This document shows positions 26,476 through 27,658 of a stretch of DNA of 27,658 nucleotides, one piece after another. The stretch's first letter is position 1. Every line of letters starts with the position of its first letter. Location: positions 1 to 27,658 of IMG/VR virus record IMGVR_UViG_3300022177_000075. One strand, 5' to 3'. The notes under the pieces are model-generated. The model searched no databases and was not told the DNA's origin. It saw only the letters and a program-made list of their open reading frames with translations. Both the position numbers and the translations under genes were made by a program. The stretch comes from a virus. Lineage: Duplodnaviria > Caudoviricetes.

Positions 26476-26543
26476 GCCCCGCCTGTTGGGGTGACAGGCG
26501 GGGCTTCAGGAGGTGTTCGCCGCCTGATGGGGGCAGGCGGTGA
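26476..26543 (-). other. Twin CCGCCTG/CAGGCGG hairpins with C-rich loops flanking CACCTCCT
   Basis: Stems at 26476-26504 and 26520-26540; both loops 7 nt. Confidence 0.65.
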
Positions 26544-26544
26544 G

Positions 26545-26617
26545 AGCAAACAACAGGGCTCGAACCTGTGACCTCATCCTTGTAAGGGATGCGCTCTGAC
26601 CACTGAGCTATGCTTGC
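26545..26617 (-). tRNA. tRNA-Val(TAC), atypical, CCA not encoded
   Basis: GCAAGCA-TA-GCTC AGTGGTCA GAGC-G-CATCC CTTACAA GGATG-AGGTC-ACAGG TTCGAGC CCTGT-TGTTTGC-T. Confidence 0.9.
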
Positions 26618-26622
26618 ATTTT

Positions 26623-26719
26623 GCCGGTCTCTGCCGGCTGTCGCGCTTATTACACTTGCGGGTTTGTTTCAGCGTTCCCGCTTCCCCCGGGTGTCTATGG
26701 GCAGACAAGCCCCACCGGG
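26623..26719 (-). ncRNA. Structured spacer RNA (three hairpins) between the two tRNA-like genes
   Basis: CCCGG..TGTCT/AGACA..CCGGG; GCGGG/CCCGC; GCCGG CAGAGA CCGGC. Confidence 0.45.
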
Positions 26720-26726
26720 TTGGTAA

Positions 26727-27030
26727 TTGGGCGGTCAGGATTCGAACCTGATCGATTGCCGTGGAAACTCCTTCATCGTTTCTGCTTCCTGCTTTCGGCT
26801 ATTGGCCACACACATGGAGCGACCCATCCAGCGCCCGAAATGCTTACGACCGAGCTTCAACGGTTTCCACTCCGTTGCAGCGCTGATCAAGCTGCCACGC
26901 CTATGGCGTTTTCCAGCCTCTCGCTCGCGCCTTCCAGGGTTGGGTCTTTTGTAAGACATTGGTCTGACCTCCGGTTCTGTTACCTCATTTGCCTACTCAC
27001 AGGGCGTGTTCCCATTCACGCCGCCGCCCA
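26727..27030 (-). ncRNA. tRNA-shaped 304-nt RNA with 234-nt anticodon-loop insert
   Basis: Acceptor TGGGCGG/CCGCCCA, D-arm GCGTG-AATGGGAA-CACGC, anticodon stem CTGTG/CACGG, T-arm TCAGG-TTCGAAT-CCTGA, all at tRNA spacing. Confidence 0.75.
26735..26959 (-). CDS. Basic 74-aa ORF nested in the tRNA-shaped RNA
   Basis: GGAGGT 7 nt before ATG; Arg/Lys-rich; TGA lies in the T-stem. Confidence 0.5.
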   Translation of the reverse strand: MSYKRPNPGRREREAGKRHRRGSLISAATEWKPLKLGRKHFGRWMGRSMCVANSRKQEAETMKEFPRQSIRFES

Positions 27031-27072
27031 AAAAATCCACCAATAAATCAACCAGTAAAATGTCAGGGTTTC

Positions 27073-27097
27073 GTAGGGGCAGGGTTCACTCCTGCCC
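27073..27097 (+). repeat. REP-like hairpin
   Basis: GTAG followed by GGGCAGG..CCTGCCC stem. Confidence 0.4.
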
Positions 27098-27107
27098 GCT
27101 CAAAACA

Positions 27108-27377
27108 TCAATCCTTCTCGACTTCACCTACAGCGAACAATCCCAACTTACCAACCGTGTCCAGGTTCGCCTTCTCGAAATAAATCCACGTGATCAAATT
27201 GCTGTTCACCCATTGCCAGAAGCGACCCCTGGGTATTGCCGGCAGGCTGTAGAGTAGGTCGTCCAGCGCCACTTGCGCCTGGGTAATGTTCACGCCAACC
27301 ATGCGCGGCTTGTTCAACCGCTGCAAAAACCAGATGGAAAGAACCACCCATAAAGGTAAATTTCCTATCTGTTTCAT
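27108..27377 (-). CDS. Hypothetical protein
   Basis: GAGGAGGT RBS; ATGA coupling. Confidence 0.7.
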   Translation of the reverse strand: MKQIGNLPLWVVLSIWFLQRLNKPRMVGVNITQAQVALDDLLYSLPAIPRGRFWQWVNSNLITWIYFEKANLDTVGKLGLFAVGEVEKD

Positions 27378-27658
27378 CCCACCTCCTCAAACAATTTCAA
27401 TTGATGCTTGTTGAAAAATTCTTCCTGTGCTGCCTGGCGCTTCATCTCTTCCATGATTTGTCCGCAGGTTTCGCCATCTTCCGCTCCGTAAGGCACAGAA
27501 TTCCAATCATCCGCATTCACATGCCGTGCTTGAGAAATTTCATAAGATTGCTCGTAGTTATTTCCAACCTCCTCAGCCATCATCAATGCTTTCACATCGT
27601 TTTCGGCAAGGACATAAAACGTTACTTCTGCATGAACCTCAAATAACTTCTTCCCCAT
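27374..27658 (-). CDS. Hypothetical protein at window edge
   Basis: 94-aa ORF, ATG at the last base of the window; upstream context not visible. Confidence 0.7.
   Translation of the reverse strand: MGKKLFEVHAEVTFYVLAENDVKALMMAEEVGNNYEQSYEISQARHVNADDWNSVPYGAEDGETCGQIMEEMKRQAAQEEFFNKHQLKLFEEVG

Larger units (their letters stand above)
1..27658 (-). mobile_element. Temperate siphovirus/prophage segment (early-replication-packaging-head-tail); ends not in window
   Basis: Contiguous, co-oriented, translationally coupled phage genes in canonical order (terminase, portal, protease, capsid, head-tail, MTP, TAC, TMP, Dit). Confidence 0.97.

Noticed and set aside
24646-26617. Recombinase plus tRNA as integrase/att boundary
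   Set aside because: Phage-like co-oriented genes continue on both sides, there is no duplicated tRNA 3' end in the window, and the tRNA looks phage-borne
26764-26997. Group I intron in the anticodon loop
   Set aside because: Size fits, but I found no P7/J8-7 consensus (AGAGACU / AUAGUCC), and the plausible splice product gives a loop without U33 or purine 37
26727-27030. Canonical tmRNA (ssrA) call
   Set aside because: Has a full D-stem, lacks G3-U70 and a correctly placed ACCA end; only the AA-stop hairpin resembles tmRNA

Overview
The whole window is one temperate siphovirus/prophage segment, with every credible gene on the minus strand. The SSB resembles those of Chloroflexota/Anaerolineae, so that host is inferred. 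In transcription order (right to left) it contains: (1) early genes with an RNA cluster, made of a 304-nt tRNA-shaped element whose anticodon loop is replaced by a 234-nt insert carrying an RBS and ORF, a structured spacer, an atypical tRNA-Val(TAC) and twin hairpins; (2) a Cre-sized tyrosine recombinase followed by a 34-bp lox-like site; (3) a Lar-like gene, ssb and a replication initiator with internal iterons; (4) late unit 1: conserved leader/terminator, membrane protein, HNH, terS, two ParB-methyltransferases, a second terS and terL; (5) an AT-rich M23 peptidase moron; (6) late unit 2: consensus promoter, a second copy of the same leader/terminator, holin-like genes, HK97-type portal, protease/nested scaffold, P22-type coat, head-tail genes, major tail protein, frameshift chaperone pair, tape measure, evolved Dit and a truncated tail protein. 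The strongest candidates for new biology are the ORF-carrying tRNA/tmRNA-like RNA, the duplicated late-leader attenuator and the recombinase/lox-like pair. All calls are by eye; no searches were run.
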